From contig JACKAG010000002.1 in the NCBI GenBank assembly GCA_020635195.1, positions 120,671-184,670 on the forward strand: 64,000 nt of DNA, in the 5' to 3' direction. The position numbers were made by a program, and so were the translations under genes. This stretch comes from Deltaproteobacteria bacterium. Lineage in GTDB: Bacteria > Bdellovibrionota_B > Oligoflexia > Oligoflexales > Bog-1112. The first letter of the stretch is position 1. Each line of letters opens with the position of its first letter. The notes under the pieces are model-generated. The model was not told the DNA's origin. It worked only from the letters and a program-made list of their open reading frames with translations, and did not search any database. Shown in pieces: positions 1 through 9,787 of the stretch.

Positions 1-772
1 CGGAGTGTCCTTCGTTATCGTAGATTGTCCCTTCCTGGGTGGAGGAATCAGGGCGCTGCTCATCTGCTGTGTGGCCTTCGTGTAGCCTTCGCTCTTTTCC
101 ATGAAGGACAGCATCAGCCATAACGCGGATAAACAACTGGAGTGACTTCAGACTGTCGTCGTTTCCGGGGATCACATAGTCAATACCATCCGGATCAGCA
201 TTGGTGTCTGTGATTGCAATGATCGGAATCCCTAGTTTTCTGGCTTCCTGAATCGCGATGTGCTCTTTATGAGCATCTGCAATGAAAATAGCCTTGGGCA
301 TGCCGGGCATGTCCTTGATTCCGCCAAGGTTTCTTTCCAGCTTAAAGCGAACCCTTTCCAGGTTCAGGGCTTCTTTCTTTGTTAGTTTGTCGTAAGTTCC
401 ATCCTCTGCCATTTTTTCAAGGCGCTTCAGGCGATGAATGCTCTGGCGGATGGTAGGATAGTTTGTCAGAGTTCCTCCAAGCCAGCGGTGGTTGATGTAG
501 TACATTCCACAGCGGCTGGCTTCATCAGCGATTACATCTCTGGCCTGTCGTTTAGTTCCGACAAACAGGATATGTCCACCTTTCAGAGAAACATTCTCTA
601 CGAATTCACAGGCTTTTTTGAAATGACGAACGGTCTTTTGCAGGTCGATAATATGAATGCCATTTCTGCTTCCAAAAATGAATTTTCGCATTTTCGGATT
701 CCAGCGACGGCACTGGTGTCCATAATGCACACCTGCTTCAAGAAATTCCCGCATGTTGATTGAGACAGTCAT
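1..772 (-). CDS. rpsB: 30S ribosomal protein S2 (N-terminal ~257 codons; C-terminus runs off the left edge)
   Basis: Own translation of the minus strand from ATG at 772-770: [47 protein letters not shown]..., the S2 N-terminal signature. The frame stays open to base 1, so it is absent from the ORF track. The + ORF 434-763 is its antisense shadow. Confidence 0.9.
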   Translation of the reverse strand, partial: MTVSINMREFLEAGVHYGHQCRRWNPKMRKFIFGSRNGIHIIDLQKTVRHFKKACEFVENVSLKGGHILFVGTKRQARDVIADEASRCGMYYINHRWLGGTLTNYPTIRQSIHRLKRLEKMAEDGTYDKLTKKEALNLERVRFKLERNLGGIKDMPGMPKAIFIADAHKEHIAIQEARKLGIPIIAITDTNADPDGIDYVIPGNDDSLKSLQLFIRVMADAVLHGKERRLHEGHTADEQRPDSSTQEGTIYDNEGHS

Positions 773-1004
773 TGATTTTCCTTAATTAAAGAAGGTTTCT
801 ACGCCGCCCTCCCGAACACGAAGCGGTCTTGTCTGAGCTAAAGGACCGTTTCGTACAACTTTCTCTGGGAGGGTTGAGACATCGTTTGTCCTGTGGGCTT
901 TCCGGACTGATGGCCCTTTCAGGCAGATTGCAGATTCCGGATAAGCTGCGACATGGACTTCAGGCCACCCTTGTTAGCACAGATCTCGCCGTATGGGAAG
1001 TGCT

Positions 1005-1607
1005 TTAGTTTTTTAACGGACCCTGGGGATCTTTAAGTTTTGCAAGAACAGAGAAAGGGCCTTCGGCTTTTTCTGTATCGTCAGGCGTGGTTCCCCAGAC
1101 GCAGAGTCCATCTGGCAGTTCAGAGGCATTAAGGCAGTCAGGGTCTCCTGGCTGATGACGGATCGCAGAGGGGAGTTCCAGCTGGATCAGTTCGTTGACC
1201 AGCTCTGCCAGGTCCAGGCTTCCATCCTTTTCAAGATACAGTTCTTCGAGTTCAGCAGAACTCAGATCCAGCTCTCGTCCGGGGATATCCGGCGCATGGG
1301 AGTAGAAAAAGTAATTTCTTGTTATATCGACAGACAAGGGGACCTGGATGGCTTCCTGGCAACGGTCGCAGGGGATATAAGGAGCATAAGAGATTGCAGC
1401 CTGGACCGAGAGGGTTTCGGCTTCTTCGTATAAATCAAAGGATAGGCTCCCTGAAAGGATCGGGCGCTGTCCCTCTTTTGGCGCTGGGAACCAGCTGTAG
1501 GCAAGGTCCAGCCATGTCTCTGTCCCGTCTATCATCAGATGAAGGGGGCTATCTTTCAGGTCTTTTATGTAAATTTTCATTTTAATATAAAGGCTTTCAC
1601 GCAACAC
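1005..1607 (-). CDS. yceD: DUF177/YceD-family protein
   Basis: CDRCQEAI, LDLAELVNELIQLELPSAIRH and C-terminal GPFSVLAKLK parallel E. coli YceD (CQRCGKPF, IDLLAMVEDEIILALP, NPFAVLASLK). Start is ambiguous: GTG 1607 or ATG 1580. Confidence 0.7.
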   Translation of the reverse strand: MLRESLYIKMKIYIKDLKDSPLHLMIDGTETWLDLAYSWFPAPKEGQRPILSGSLSFDLYEEAETLSVQAAISYAPYIPCDRCQEAIQVPLSVDITRNYFFYSHAPDIPGRELDLSSAELEELYLEKDGSLDLAELVNELIQLELPSAIRHQPGDPDCLNASELPDGLCVWGTTPDDTEKAEGPFSVLAKLKDPQGPLKN

Positions 1608-1659
1608 ATGCCTGTGTCATCACGATATACAATCAGGCGAAACAAAGTCCGATTTTGCT

Positions 1660-1689
1660 TTGTTTATCTGAAAACTTCAAGGGTATAAT
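1660..1689 (+). promoter_or_regulatory. candidate sigma70 promoter for rpmF-fabD (TTGTTT-N18-TATAAT)
   Basis: Perfect TATAAT at 1684-1689 with a TTGTTT -35-like hexamer 18 nt upstream. It would give a ~180-nt leader before rpmF. Confidence 0.3.
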
Positions 1690-1874
1690 ATTGTTTTTTT
1701 GATATATCATGCGGTTACTATAGGCATTTGTGACTTCTCTTGGGTTGCAAAGATTCCGGAATGGACGCTGTCCAGCGCTTTTCGGTTGACCGGCGGCTCT
1801 GAAAACGTTATCTGATGTGATTCCGGTGAGTGACGTACATCACCGTTGTGTTCTGTTAAGGAGATCAGGATAAG

Positions 1875-2111
1875 ATGCCAGTACCCAAGTATCGGACCTC
1901 TGCGTCGAAACGAGATATGCGCCGTTCGCACCATGCCCTCAAATCACCAGGGCTTTCATTGTGCAGCAATTGTCAGGAAGTCAGACAACCTCATGTAGCC
2001 TGTGCTGCCTGTGGTCATTATGGTGGTCGTCAGGTGATTATGCCACGGAAGATGTCAGAAATGTCTCTGGATGGTCTGGATACGCAAGATCTTCCATCTG
2101 ACGACAACTGA
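1875..2111 (+). CDS. rpmF: 50S ribosomal protein L32
   Basis: MPVPKYRTSASKRDMRRSHHAL... L32 signature with CxxC...CxxC zinc-ribbon cysteines. AAGGAG lies upstream. Confidence 0.9.
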   Translation: MPVPKYRTSASKRDMRRSHHALKSPGLSLCSNCQEVRQPHVACAACGHYGGRQVIMPRKMSEMSLDGLDTQDLPSDDN

Positions 2112-2113
2112 AC

Positions 2114-3049
2114 ATGGCAAAAATATTAGCCATGTTCCCCGGCCAGGGTTCGCAACAGGTCGGGATGGGACGACAATTACTAAATGACTTTCCTTCCGCC
2201 AGACTCGTCTTTGAAGAAGCGGAAGATGCCATCCGTGTGTCTGTCAGAAATCTGTGCATTAACGGCCCCGAGGACGAACTTCAGAAAACAATCAATCAGC
2301 AGCCCTGTATTCTGACTCTGAGTGTCGCTATCTGGCGGGTACTCAGGGAAGAAGCCGGGTTGTCTCCGCATTTTTTTGCAGGTCACAGTCTCGGAGAGTA
2401 TTCTGCGCTGGTTGCTTCTGGCAGACTGGACTTTGTCCATGCGGTCAGGCTGGTCCGGAGTCGCGGGCAGTTTATGCAGGAAGCAGCCCCTGCGGGCAGC
2501 GGCTCTATGGCTGCCATCATAGGTTATGATGCAGAGCGCCTGACACATCTTTGTGCTGGTCGTAGTGAAGAGCTTGGACTCTGTGTTGAGGTTGTGAACT
2601 ATAATAGCCCGTCGCAGCAGATTATTTCGGGACAGCGTGCTGCTGTCGAAGATGTCTGTCTCCTCTTGTCTGAGCAAGGCATCCGTGCGGTCCGCTTACC
2701 TGTCAGTGCTCCCTTTCACTCCTCTCTGATGACTCCTGCCAGAGATGCTATGGCACCATTGCTCAGCAGTCTGGATGTTTCAGAAGGTGAGGGGATGATG
2801 ATCGCGAACCTGACAGGATGTATTGAAGAGCGTTATCATGCCGGGCTATTGACCGATCAGATTAATCATCCTGTACTCTGGGCGAAAAGTGTTCATGCTG
2901 CATATGAGGCAGGATGTCGCATGTTTGCTGAAATCGGGCCGGGAACGGTTCTGACGGGGCTTGCGAGAAAAATCTTACCTTCTGTTTCTGAGTGCTCTCT
3001 GATCAGTACAGGTCGGGATATCGGAAAGGCGATGGCAGCACTCCGCTAG
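2114..3049 (+). CDS. fabD: malonyl-CoA:ACP transacylase
   Basis: FPGQGSQ oxyanion motif and GHSLGEYSAL active-site serine motif. 311 aa. Starts 2 nt after rpmF. Confidence 0.9.
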   Translation: MAKILAMFPGQGSQQVGMGRQLLNDFPSARLVFEEAEDAIRVSVRNLCINGPEDELQKTINQQPCILTLSVAIWRVLREEAGLSPHFFAGHSLGEYSALVASGRLDFVHAVRLVRSRGQFMQEAAPAGSGSMAAIIGYDAERLTHLCAGRSEELGLCVEVVNYNSPSQQIISGQRAAVEDVCLLLSEQGIRAVRLPVSAPFHSSLMTPARDAMAPLLSSLDVSEGEGMMIANLTGCIEERYHAGLLTDQINHPVLWAKSVHAAYEAGCRMFAEIGPGTVLTGLARKILPSVSECSLISTGRDIGKAMAALR

Positions 3050-3089
3050 AGCTTCCTGCGGATCTTTTCTGGTTGCTGCCACGCTTCTT

Positions 3090-5108
3090 TTATGGAACCC
3101 TTTCCGGCAGGGATTCAGCCACAACTTCTGCAATATCCATAATACGGACATCGTCTCCTTTGTTGCAGCTTTTGACACCATCAGCGAGCATAGTCAGGCA
3201 AAAAGGGCAGGCCGTTGCGATGGTCTCGGCCCCTGTTTCGAGAGCTTCTCTGGCCCGTCGGACATTGATCCGGCTGCCTTCGTTTTCCTCCATCCACATC
3301 CTTGCCCCCCCGGCGCCGCAGCAGAAACCTTTCTCCCGGTTGGCGGGCATTTCCCGCAGTGAGAGTCCGCTTTCTTTCAGAAGATGCCTTGGTTCATCAA
3401 AAATCTGGTTGTGTCTGCCAAGATAGCAGGAGTCGTGATAAGTGGCAGCTGTTGCCTGCTGCTGTTCCGGGCGTGCCTGGATTCGTCCTTCACGGAGCAG
3501 TTGTCCGATCAGTTCGCTATGGTGGATCACTTCTGTTTTATAGCCAAAATCTTCGTATTCGTTTTTGATGGTGTTGAAGCAGTGAGGGCAGCCGGTTACG
3601 ACTTTTCGGACTTTGTAACGTTTGAATGTTTCGATATTTGCCTGTATCTGCATGTCTGCAAGATATTCGTTGCCGGCTCTTCTTGCGGTATCCCCGTTGC
3701 AGGATTCTTCCCGGCCAAGGATTGAAAAACTGATCCCTGCTTCCTGCAAAATCCGGACGATAGAGCGGGATACCTGCTTATAGCGTTCGTCAAAAGATCC
3801 TGCACAGCCCACCCAGAACAGATATTCGACATCACTTTTTTCTGACATGCTGGTGACTCCGAGCCCCTGTGCCCAGTCTGCCCGGCTTTCATTACTGAAG
3901 CCCCATGGGTTGTTGCTGGCCTCAAGCTTTTCCAACGTCCCCTGTAGTTCCTGGGGCATCTCTCCCTGTGTCATGGTCAGATACCTTCGCATGTCGACAA
4001 TGGCAGGGATGTGAGCAATGTGAAGAGGGCAGGCATCCATACAGGCTCCGCAGGTTGTGCAGGCCCAGATTTCCTCCTGAGAGACGATCCCGTTGATCAG
4101 ATCCCGGCGCTGTGTCGGATCAGGCTGATCATAGGCTTCATTCATAGCGTCCCGGAGGTGGTGAATCATGTTTCTGGGGTCGAGGGCTTTGCCGCTGACA
4201 GAGGCGGGGCAGACACTACTGCAACGGCCACATTCGACACAGGCCATGCTGTCCAGCAGCTGTTTCCATGTGAAATCTTCCGCTTTCCCGGCTCCAAAGG
4301 ATTCGGCATCTTCATCGAAGTTCATGGGGCTAAGATATGCAGAGTTCTTTCTGCTTTTATAAAAGATATTTGGCCATACCCAGATAAGGTGCTGATGCTT
4401 GGAAAATGGCAGAAATGAGGTAAAGGCAAACAGAGCCCCTACGTGAATCCACCAGAACAGTTCTGTGAAAAGCTCTGATCCGGGTCCGGCAGGGTTTCCC
4501 GGAAATGCTTCGAGAGGAGAAATGAGCCACCTTGCCAGAGGGGTTGCGATGACTTTATTGTGGGCGGTGGCTGCGAGGGATTTGGACCCCATGGTGAGTA
4601 GCGCTGTAGTCACCAGAAGCCAGATCATCCCGAGGACAATAAAAGCGTCTTTTCTGGCAGCGGGATTCAGAGAACGGAAGCGCTCCGGAGGGAAAAAACA
4701 CCTCCGGAGGATGGCGAAGCTGATTGCGAGAAAGACCATAAAATTAGCCAGATCCTGACTGCGGTAAAAGAGTGAGGACAGGGCTCCATCTCCAAGGAAG
4801 TCATCAAAGGAGAGTGGTCTGAAAATTCCATAGAAAATGGTTTCTAGGGTTCCGAGGCAGATCACCATGAAGCCGGAAAATATGATGATGTGCATGATGC
4901 CGGGGACGGGATTGCTGAGCATCCGTTTCTGACCGAAGCTTTCTCTGAGCATCAGCTGTAGACGCTGTCGGAATTCACCCTTTTTCCAGATCTCAGCCTT
5001 CTGTCCTGTGTTCCGTATCTTTCGCCAGGTCTTTCTGATATTAAAGATGAAGCATGTAAACACAGCGATCGTCAGAGAGAGAAAAAACAGATTGAGTGCA
5101 ATGTTCAT
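3090..5108 (-). CDS. membrane-anchored Fe-S oxidoreductase, HdrD/GlpC/DsrK-like (2x[4Fe-4S] plus two CCG-type Cys-rich domains)
   Basis: The N-terminal half has about six hydrophobic helices. It is followed by CVECGRCSSVCP and CTTCGACMDACP ferredoxin motifs, then Cys-rich segments (WVGCAGSF, CPHC, HDSCYLGRH, FCCGAGG, CPFC). Confidence 0.75.
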   Translation of the reverse strand: MNIALNLFFLSLTIAVFTCFIFNIRKTWRKIRNTGQKAEIWKKGEFRQRLQLMLRESFGQKRMLSNPVPGIMHIIIFSGFMVICLGTLETIFYGIFRPLSFDDFLGDGALSSLFYRSQDLANFMVFLAISFAILRRCFFPPERFRSLNPAARKDAFIVLGMIWLLVTTALLTMGSKSLAATAHNKVIATPLARWLISPLEAFPGNPAGPGSELFTELFWWIHVGALFAFTSFLPFSKHQHLIWVWPNIFYKSRKNSAYLSPMNFDEDAESFGAGKAEDFTWKQLLDSMACVECGRCSSVCPASVSGKALDPRNMIHHLRDAMNEAYDQPDPTQRRDLINGIVSQEEIWACTTCGACMDACPLHIAHIPAIVDMRRYLTMTQGEMPQELQGTLEKLEASNNPWGFSNESRADWAQGLGVTSMSEKSDVEYLFWVGCAGSFDERYKQVSRSIVRILQEAGISFSILGREESCNGDTARRAGNEYLADMQIQANIETFKRYKVRKVVTGCPHCFNTIKNEYEDFGYKTEVIHHSELIGQLLREGRIQARPEQQQATAATYHDSCYLGRHNQIFDEPRHLLKESGLSLREMPANREKGFCCGAGGARMWMEENEGSRINVRRAREALETGAETIATACPFCLTMLADGVKSCNKGDDVRIMDIAEVVAESLPERVP

Positions 5109-5527
5109 CTTTGTGCTTTCCCGGATGTGTGTTCTGCCGGGCTACCATCTTTCCCGGCCGGATATGGTGTGGGAAACCTTCTGCTCTGAGTAGCCGCAGA
5201 GTGGGGAGGGAGTCCGGAGCTTTTACGGGCGTCCCAGAGCATGCGGAGGTGTTCCCACCTGATGCGTGTTTTCAGGGCTTCAGAGCTGAGCTCTGCCAGC
5301 TCGTCCAGCCATTTCAGGTAACGGGGGTCCTTGAGTGCCATCCGGGTGGCTTTACCTGCCGGGTGGCGCTGACGACGATATTCTGCGGTCAGCTGCTTTA
5401 ATCTGTCAGGTAAGAGTTCTTTGTAGCGACATGCGAGCTGGCGAATATCCGCCTGACGCTGAGCGGCTGCTGATATTTCATGTTGCAGCCGCTCAGACCA
5501 GGATTCCTGAAAGAAAGGGCTTTTCAT
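5105..5527 (-). CDS. hypothetical small protein (141 aa), translationally coupled to the Fe-S oxidoreductase
   Basis: The ORF-track ORF 5105-5686 overlaps the fadE 3' end. The internal ATG at 5527 (MKSPFFQESW...) sits 16 nt after the fadE stop. Its TGA overlaps the downstream ATG (ATGA at 5105-5108). No family recognised. Confidence 0.45.
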   Translation of the reverse strand: MKSPFFQESWSERLQHEISAAAQRQADIRQLACRYKELLPDRLKQLTAEYRRQRHPAGKATRMALKDPRYLKWLDELAELSSEALKTRIRWEHLRMLWDARKSSGLPPHSAATQSRRFPTPYPAGKDGSPAEHTSGKAQR

Positions 5528-5543
5528 GATATCCCCATGGTGA

Positions 5544-8057
5544 TCATGCACCGGAAACTGAGGCCAATGGCCCTTTTCTATTGTCTTTTCCTTGTGTAAA
5601 TGCGTTGACCACACCTTTTTTGTACTCGTCCAGTGCGAAAGAGTCGACTTCGACGGCTTTCCGGCATGCCTCCGTAGCGGACTCAACGACTTTTCGTTCT
5701 TCTTCTGTAATCAGACCTTTTTCCCGTGCAGAAAGCAGAATCTCTTCGGGGCGGCCTTTTGGTATTTCGCGTTTTCTGACAGCCCGGTTCACTCGTCTCA
5801 TGATCTGATCGGCTTCAACAGACAGAAGGAAGGCATGTTCAAGTCGTCCCATAGGCTCTTTCACATCTTCCGGCATATACACTCCTCTGGCTGTCAGAGC
5901 GTCACGGACATCTCCGGGAGTCATCATTGCCTGTGCAATCTTTGTTCCTGTCTGATCATCTGCCGGAACAGCAAGTGTATTGAAACGGGACCAGAGAGCA
6001 AAGAGAGCGGTGATCTGTTTGCCCGGAAATGGCAGTTCCATGTTCTCATAGAGTCCGTCAAAAGCTTTCTGTATTTCTGAGAAACCGTAGCGAATGGCGT
6101 AATCGGCAAAGGCCCGGTGCTCACTCTGACGGCCTTCTGCTTCAAATCGTCGCAGGACTGCTGTGATCAGGTACATCCAGGAAAGGATATCCGCAAATCT
6201 TCCGGTGATTTTCTCACGAAACTTAAGGCGACTCCCCATACTTCCCATGGCGATGTCCGCCAGGAAGGCAAAGGAAGCAGAGGTCCAGCTGAGTTTCTGA
6301 TAGTAGCGTCGCATCGGTCCGGACGGAACTTTTGCAAGATGGCCGCGGCTGAGTGACAGAATCAGTGCCCGGCAGCCGTTGCGGACGATATGGCCGATGT
6401 GAGAGGCAAAAGCTTTGTCAAAGACAGTCAGGTCTCCTGCTTCAAGGGCTTTCATCTCCTGATAGGCAAAAGGATGGCAGCGGATGGCTCCCTGACCAAA
6501 GATAATCATCGTCCTGGTGAGGATGTTGGCGCCTTCGACGGTGACACCGATGGGGGCTGCAATATAGCTGTGGGCCAGCATATTGGCAGGCCCCAGGGAA
6601 ATTCCGGAGCCGCCGCTGATATCCATGGCATGGTTGATCAGGTTGCGCGAAATTTCAGTTGAATTGAATTTGGCGATTGCAGAAACAACCGCAGGCTTTA
6701 TCCCTTTGTCCAGGGCTCCTGCGGTATAAATCCGGCAGGCTTCCAGCAGGTAGGTCATGCCACCGATTTTAGCCAGGGCTTCCCCGACTCCCTCAAACTG
6801 ACCGATGGAGATTCCGAACTGCTTCCGGACCTGTGCATAAGCTCCGATAATTCTGGCGGTTCGCTTGGCTCCGCCAGTGCTCTGAGCAGGCAGGGAAATG
6901 GAGCGGCCTGCTGCCAGACATTCCATCAGCATTTTCCAGCCCTGGCCAGCTCCGGCAGCTCCGCCAATGATCTGATCGACGGACAGGACCACGTCCTTAC
7001 CGCTGATAGGGCAGTTGTAAAAAGGGACTCCAAGAGGATCGTGACGTCGTCCCAGAGTGACTCCCGGAGTCGATGCAGGGACCAGCACGCAGGTGATTCC
7101 TGGCTCGCTGCTTCCCCCCAGCAGTTTTTCCGGGTCAGAGAGTTTTACAGCAAGACCTATGAGGGTGGAAATAGCTCCGAGGGTGATATAGCGTTTTTCC
7201 CAGTTTAGCCGGACACAAAGCTTGCCATTTTCATCTTTAAAAATAACCCCTGTCGAAGTCATGGCTCCTGCATCAGAGCCGGCACCTGGTTCTGTCAGGC
7301 CAAAACAGGGGATTTCCTCGCCGCTTGCCAGTCTTGGCAGATAATAGTCTTTCTGTTTTTCTGTTCCGTAATGAATCAGTAATTCGGCAGGCCCCAGTGA
7401 GTTGGGCACCATAGCAGAGATGGCAAGGGGGATGGACCGGGTTCCCAGCTTGCTGACGACCTCGCTATGTCCCAGGTTGGAAAATCCAAGGCCGCCGTAT
7501 TTTTTGGGAATGATCAGACCCAGAAATTTTTCTTTTTTAAGGTAAGCCCAGACTTCCGGAGCCAGGTCTCCGTCCTGATAGGTCTGGTAGTCATTGGTCA
7601 TCTGACAAATGGTTTCGACCTGATGATCGAGAAAGGACTGCTCTTCTGCTTTTAGTTTTTGATAGGGTTCCTGCATCAGATGATTCAGGTCCGGACGGCC
7701 CGAGAACAGCTCTCCGTCTGCCCAGACGCTTCCTGCTTCCAGAGCGACTTTTTCTGTTTCTGAAATTTTAGGCAGAAGTTTCATGGCTTTCAGAAGGCGC
7801 ATCACATTTGATGAGAAAAGGACTTTTCTGAGAGGAGGAATGGCCATGATCACCAGAATGGCCGTGATGGTCAGGGTCAGAGTCTTTGGTAGCCCGAAGA
7901 GCCAGAACAGGGCAAAAACGGCAAGAGCCCAGACCCGGATTGATGCGCCTGCCGCACCGAGGCTTAAAAGGGCTCCTGACAATAACAAAATACTTAACCA
8001 AAGTGGAATAAATGACAGCAAACCGTGCAGTGAGCCCATGATAAATCCTCCGGACAT
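5544..8057 (-). CDS. fadE: long-form acyl-CoA dehydrogenase (FadE type)
   Basis: 837 aa. N-terminal TM helices, an acyl-CoA dehydrogenase core (GLTEPGAGSDA...), and a long C-terminal extension, as in the ~800-aa E. coli FadE. Confidence 0.85.
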   Translation of the reverse strand: MSGGFIMGSLHGLLSFIPLWLSILLLSGALLSLGAAGASIRVWALAVFALFWLFGLPKTLTLTITAILVIMAIPPLRKVLFSSNVMRLLKAMKLLPKISETEKVALEAGSVWADGELFSGRPDLNHLMQEPYQKLKAEEQSFLDHQVETICQMTNDYQTYQDGDLAPEVWAYLKKEKFLGLIIPKKYGGLGFSNLGHSEVVSKLGTRSIPLAISAMVPNSLGPAELLIHYGTEKQKDYYLPRLASGEEIPCFGLTEPGAGSDAGAMTSTGVIFKDENGKLCVRLNWEKRYITLGAISTLIGLAVKLSDPEKLLGGSSEPGITCVLVPASTPGVTLGRRHDPLGVPFYNCPISGKDVVLSVDQIIGGAAGAGQGWKMLMECLAAGRSISLPAQSTGGAKRTARIIGAYAQVRKQFGISIGQFEGVGEALAKIGGMTYLLEACRIYTAGALDKGIKPAVVSAIAKFNSTEISRNLINHAMDISGGSGISLGPANMLAHSYIAAPIGVTVEGANILTRTMIIFGQGAIRCHPFAYQEMKALEAGDLTVFDKAFASHIGHIVRNGCRALILSLSRGHLAKVPSGPMRRYYQKLSWTSASFAFLADIAMGSMGSRLKFREKITGRFADILSWMYLITAVLRRFEAEGRQSEHRAFADYAIRYGFSEIQKAFDGLYENMELPFPGKQITALFALWSRFNTLAVPADDQTGTKIAQAMMTPGDVRDALTARGVYMPEDVKEPMGRLEHAFLLSVEADQIMRRVNRAVRKREIPKGRPEEILLSAREKGLITEEERKVVESATEACRKAVEVDSFALDEYKKGVVNAFTQGKDNRKGPLASVSGA

Positions 8058-8350
8058 GAGTTTTTCGTGTTTATGGGCCTGTCTATGGTATAGACCTTAC
8101 GAAAAACCCGGGTTACGAGCTTTGTATACTCTCTGATCTTTCAGGAAGTCCCCTGAACGAAATAACACCCTCTGCAAGACCCGGCAGAAAGAAACTGTGA
8201 AACGCTTCCCATGCCATCATATACTAATCACAGCAGCCATTTCTGTCCAAGTGTTAATCTGACTTAATTTTGCCCGCCTCATGCCGTGCTCTGCTGACAG
8301 CAGATGAAGCTTTCCTCTGTCCTCCGCTCTGAGCTGGTTAAGAATGGTGG

Positions 8351-8375
8351 CGGCGGGATATTTTTTTCCGCCGCA
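8351..8375 (+). terminator. GC-rich hairpin (gcggcgg-N11-ccgccgc) followed by a T-run; no annotated gene upstream
   Basis: 7-bp all-GC stem read directly from the sequence. The T-rich tract atttgtttttttt starts 6 nt downstream. Only the + strand orientation has the T-run. Confidence 0.3.
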
Positions 8376-8608
8376 CAGGATTTGTTTTTTTTGTGATGGA
8401 ATTTTTTCATATTCTATGATTGCAGTTGCTTCTGTCTGGACTTGCAGTGAAGATCCTTTCCTTTCCTTCTTTCTGACGTAGAGACTTCTGAACCATGGTT
8501 TTTCAGAGAGCTGTTTGCTTCTTTTCTATTGCAGACAGAACTGTAAATTTATATGCTGCGGATTTTAGGGGGAAGCCCCGCTGTATGATCTTTTTTCAGG
8601 AGAAAAAA

Positions 8609-9064
8609 ATGAAGATTGTGAATGTGCTTGTCTGTCTTTCTCTGGGTCTTGCCTCCTTTTTTTCTGTAAACGCCAGCAATGGAGAAGACGCGATAAAAGA
8701 GGAGAATGCTGTAAATGAAGAAGCTCCGGCTACTGAGGAAGAAGATGCTGTAAATGAAGAAGCCTCTGCTGCTGAGGGAGAAGGTACGATGAGTATCGAA
8801 AAAGCGGCGAAGGTCATGCAGAAGGCTATGGAGACAAGCAGGACGGCTCCTGAAGCTCAGGCAATGAAAGAAGAGCTCAGAGAAGCCAGAGATGTTCTGA
8901 AAAAAGAAAATTTTAAAATGACGGCGAATGATGAGTGCTGTGGTAAAGGTGAAGGTTATACGCGGGCTCTTGATAAATGCAGATCTGAGTCCGGAAAATT
9001 CTGCAGTATTGTTCGGACAACAGGGAATTGCAGTATTGCGTCAGAGGACTGTAGCTCTAAATAA
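8609..9064 (+). CDS. secreted acidic, C-terminally Cys-rich protein (hypothetical)
   Basis: CAGGAG lies 6 nt before ATG 8609. Signal peptide MKIVNVLVCLSLGLASFFSVNA. Acidic repeats AVNEEA(P/S)A x2. The last 55 aa contain 6 Cys. The ORF-track start 8495 is probably too early. Confidence 0.5.
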   Translation: MKIVNVLVCLSLGLASFFSVNASNGEDAIKEENAVNEEAPATEEEDAVNEEASAAEGEGTMSIEKAAKVMQKAMETSRTAPEAQAMKEELREARDVLKKENFKMTANDECCGKGEGYTRALDKCRSESGKFCSIVRTTGNCSIASEDCSSK

Positions 9065-9190
9065 GAGCAGGACTAAATGTAAAAATATTTTGCCTTTTTC
9101 TGAATATCTTAATTCTGAAATACAGAATTTTGATGAAGGGGCTGATGTTTCAGGATCTTCATCAGAGAGTCTTGTTGTGCGGGGAGTGCT

Positions 9191-9787
9191 GTGAAAAAAA
9201 TTCTGTTGCCTTGTTTCTTTGTGCTCTGTCAGAGCGCTTGTGTCAGCTTCCAGGAGGAGGCTGTCCTGGAAAAAATGACTCCGATGGTTTCGGAAACAGA
9301 GGCCCAATCTGAGCCTGATTCTGAGCGTATCGATTATGCAGGGACCTGGCGTGGCTTTGTTAAAGATAAAGACGGTTCACAAAGTGAGGTGATCCTGAGC
9401 ATCGTCCAGCATGAAGTTCCTGAGCAAAGTCTGAGAACCCAGGCGGAGAGGGACAATTATTTGTCCGACTATGTTGCTGCAGTTTTTTCTATGAAGTTTG
9501 CATACACGAAAGAGCAGCTTGCGGTGAAGCCAAAAAATCCCTGTGAAGGCAGGATCAAACCATCGTATCATGAATCTTTTTATGGCCGCCTGGTCAGAGG
9601 GGGCGTGGTCGTCCTCGAAGGAAGGACCTTAGATGATATTGGCTTTTTCTACACGGTATCCCTTATAAAACTCAGGGAATTCAGAAAGACAGCGGATGGT
9701 AAAATTCTGGCGGATCTGTGGCTGTCCAGTCATCCTACAGCGACGAACAGGATCGATTCGTACCGGACGACATTAACGAAAGTATAA
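9191..9787 (+). CDS. lipoprotein, paralogue 1 of a tandem triplet (hypothetical)
   Basis: GTG start. Signal peptide ending in Cys (LCQSAC). The mature region is nearly identical to ORF 9848-10438. Confidence 0.6.
   Translation: MKKILLPCFFVLCQSACVSFQEEAVLEKMTPMVSETEAQSEPDSERIDYAGTWRGFVKDKDGSQSEVILSIVQHEVPEQSLRTQAERDNYLSDYVAAVFSMKFAYTKEQLAVKPKNPCEGRIKPSYHESFYGRLVRGGVVVLEGRTLDDIGFFYTVSLIKLREFRKTADGKILADLWLSSHPTATNRIDSYRTTLTKV

Noticed and set aside
434-763. 109-aa + strand ORF from the ORF track
   Set aside because: It lies entirely antisense to a clear rpsB reading frame (minus strand, 772 to 1). It has no SD and unremarkable composition, so it is a shadow ORF.
5528-5686. N-terminal 53 codons of ORF 5105-5686
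   Set aside because: This part overlaps the 3' end of fadE in another frame. The internal ATG at 5527 sits neatly after the fadE stop, so the extension is most likely not translated.
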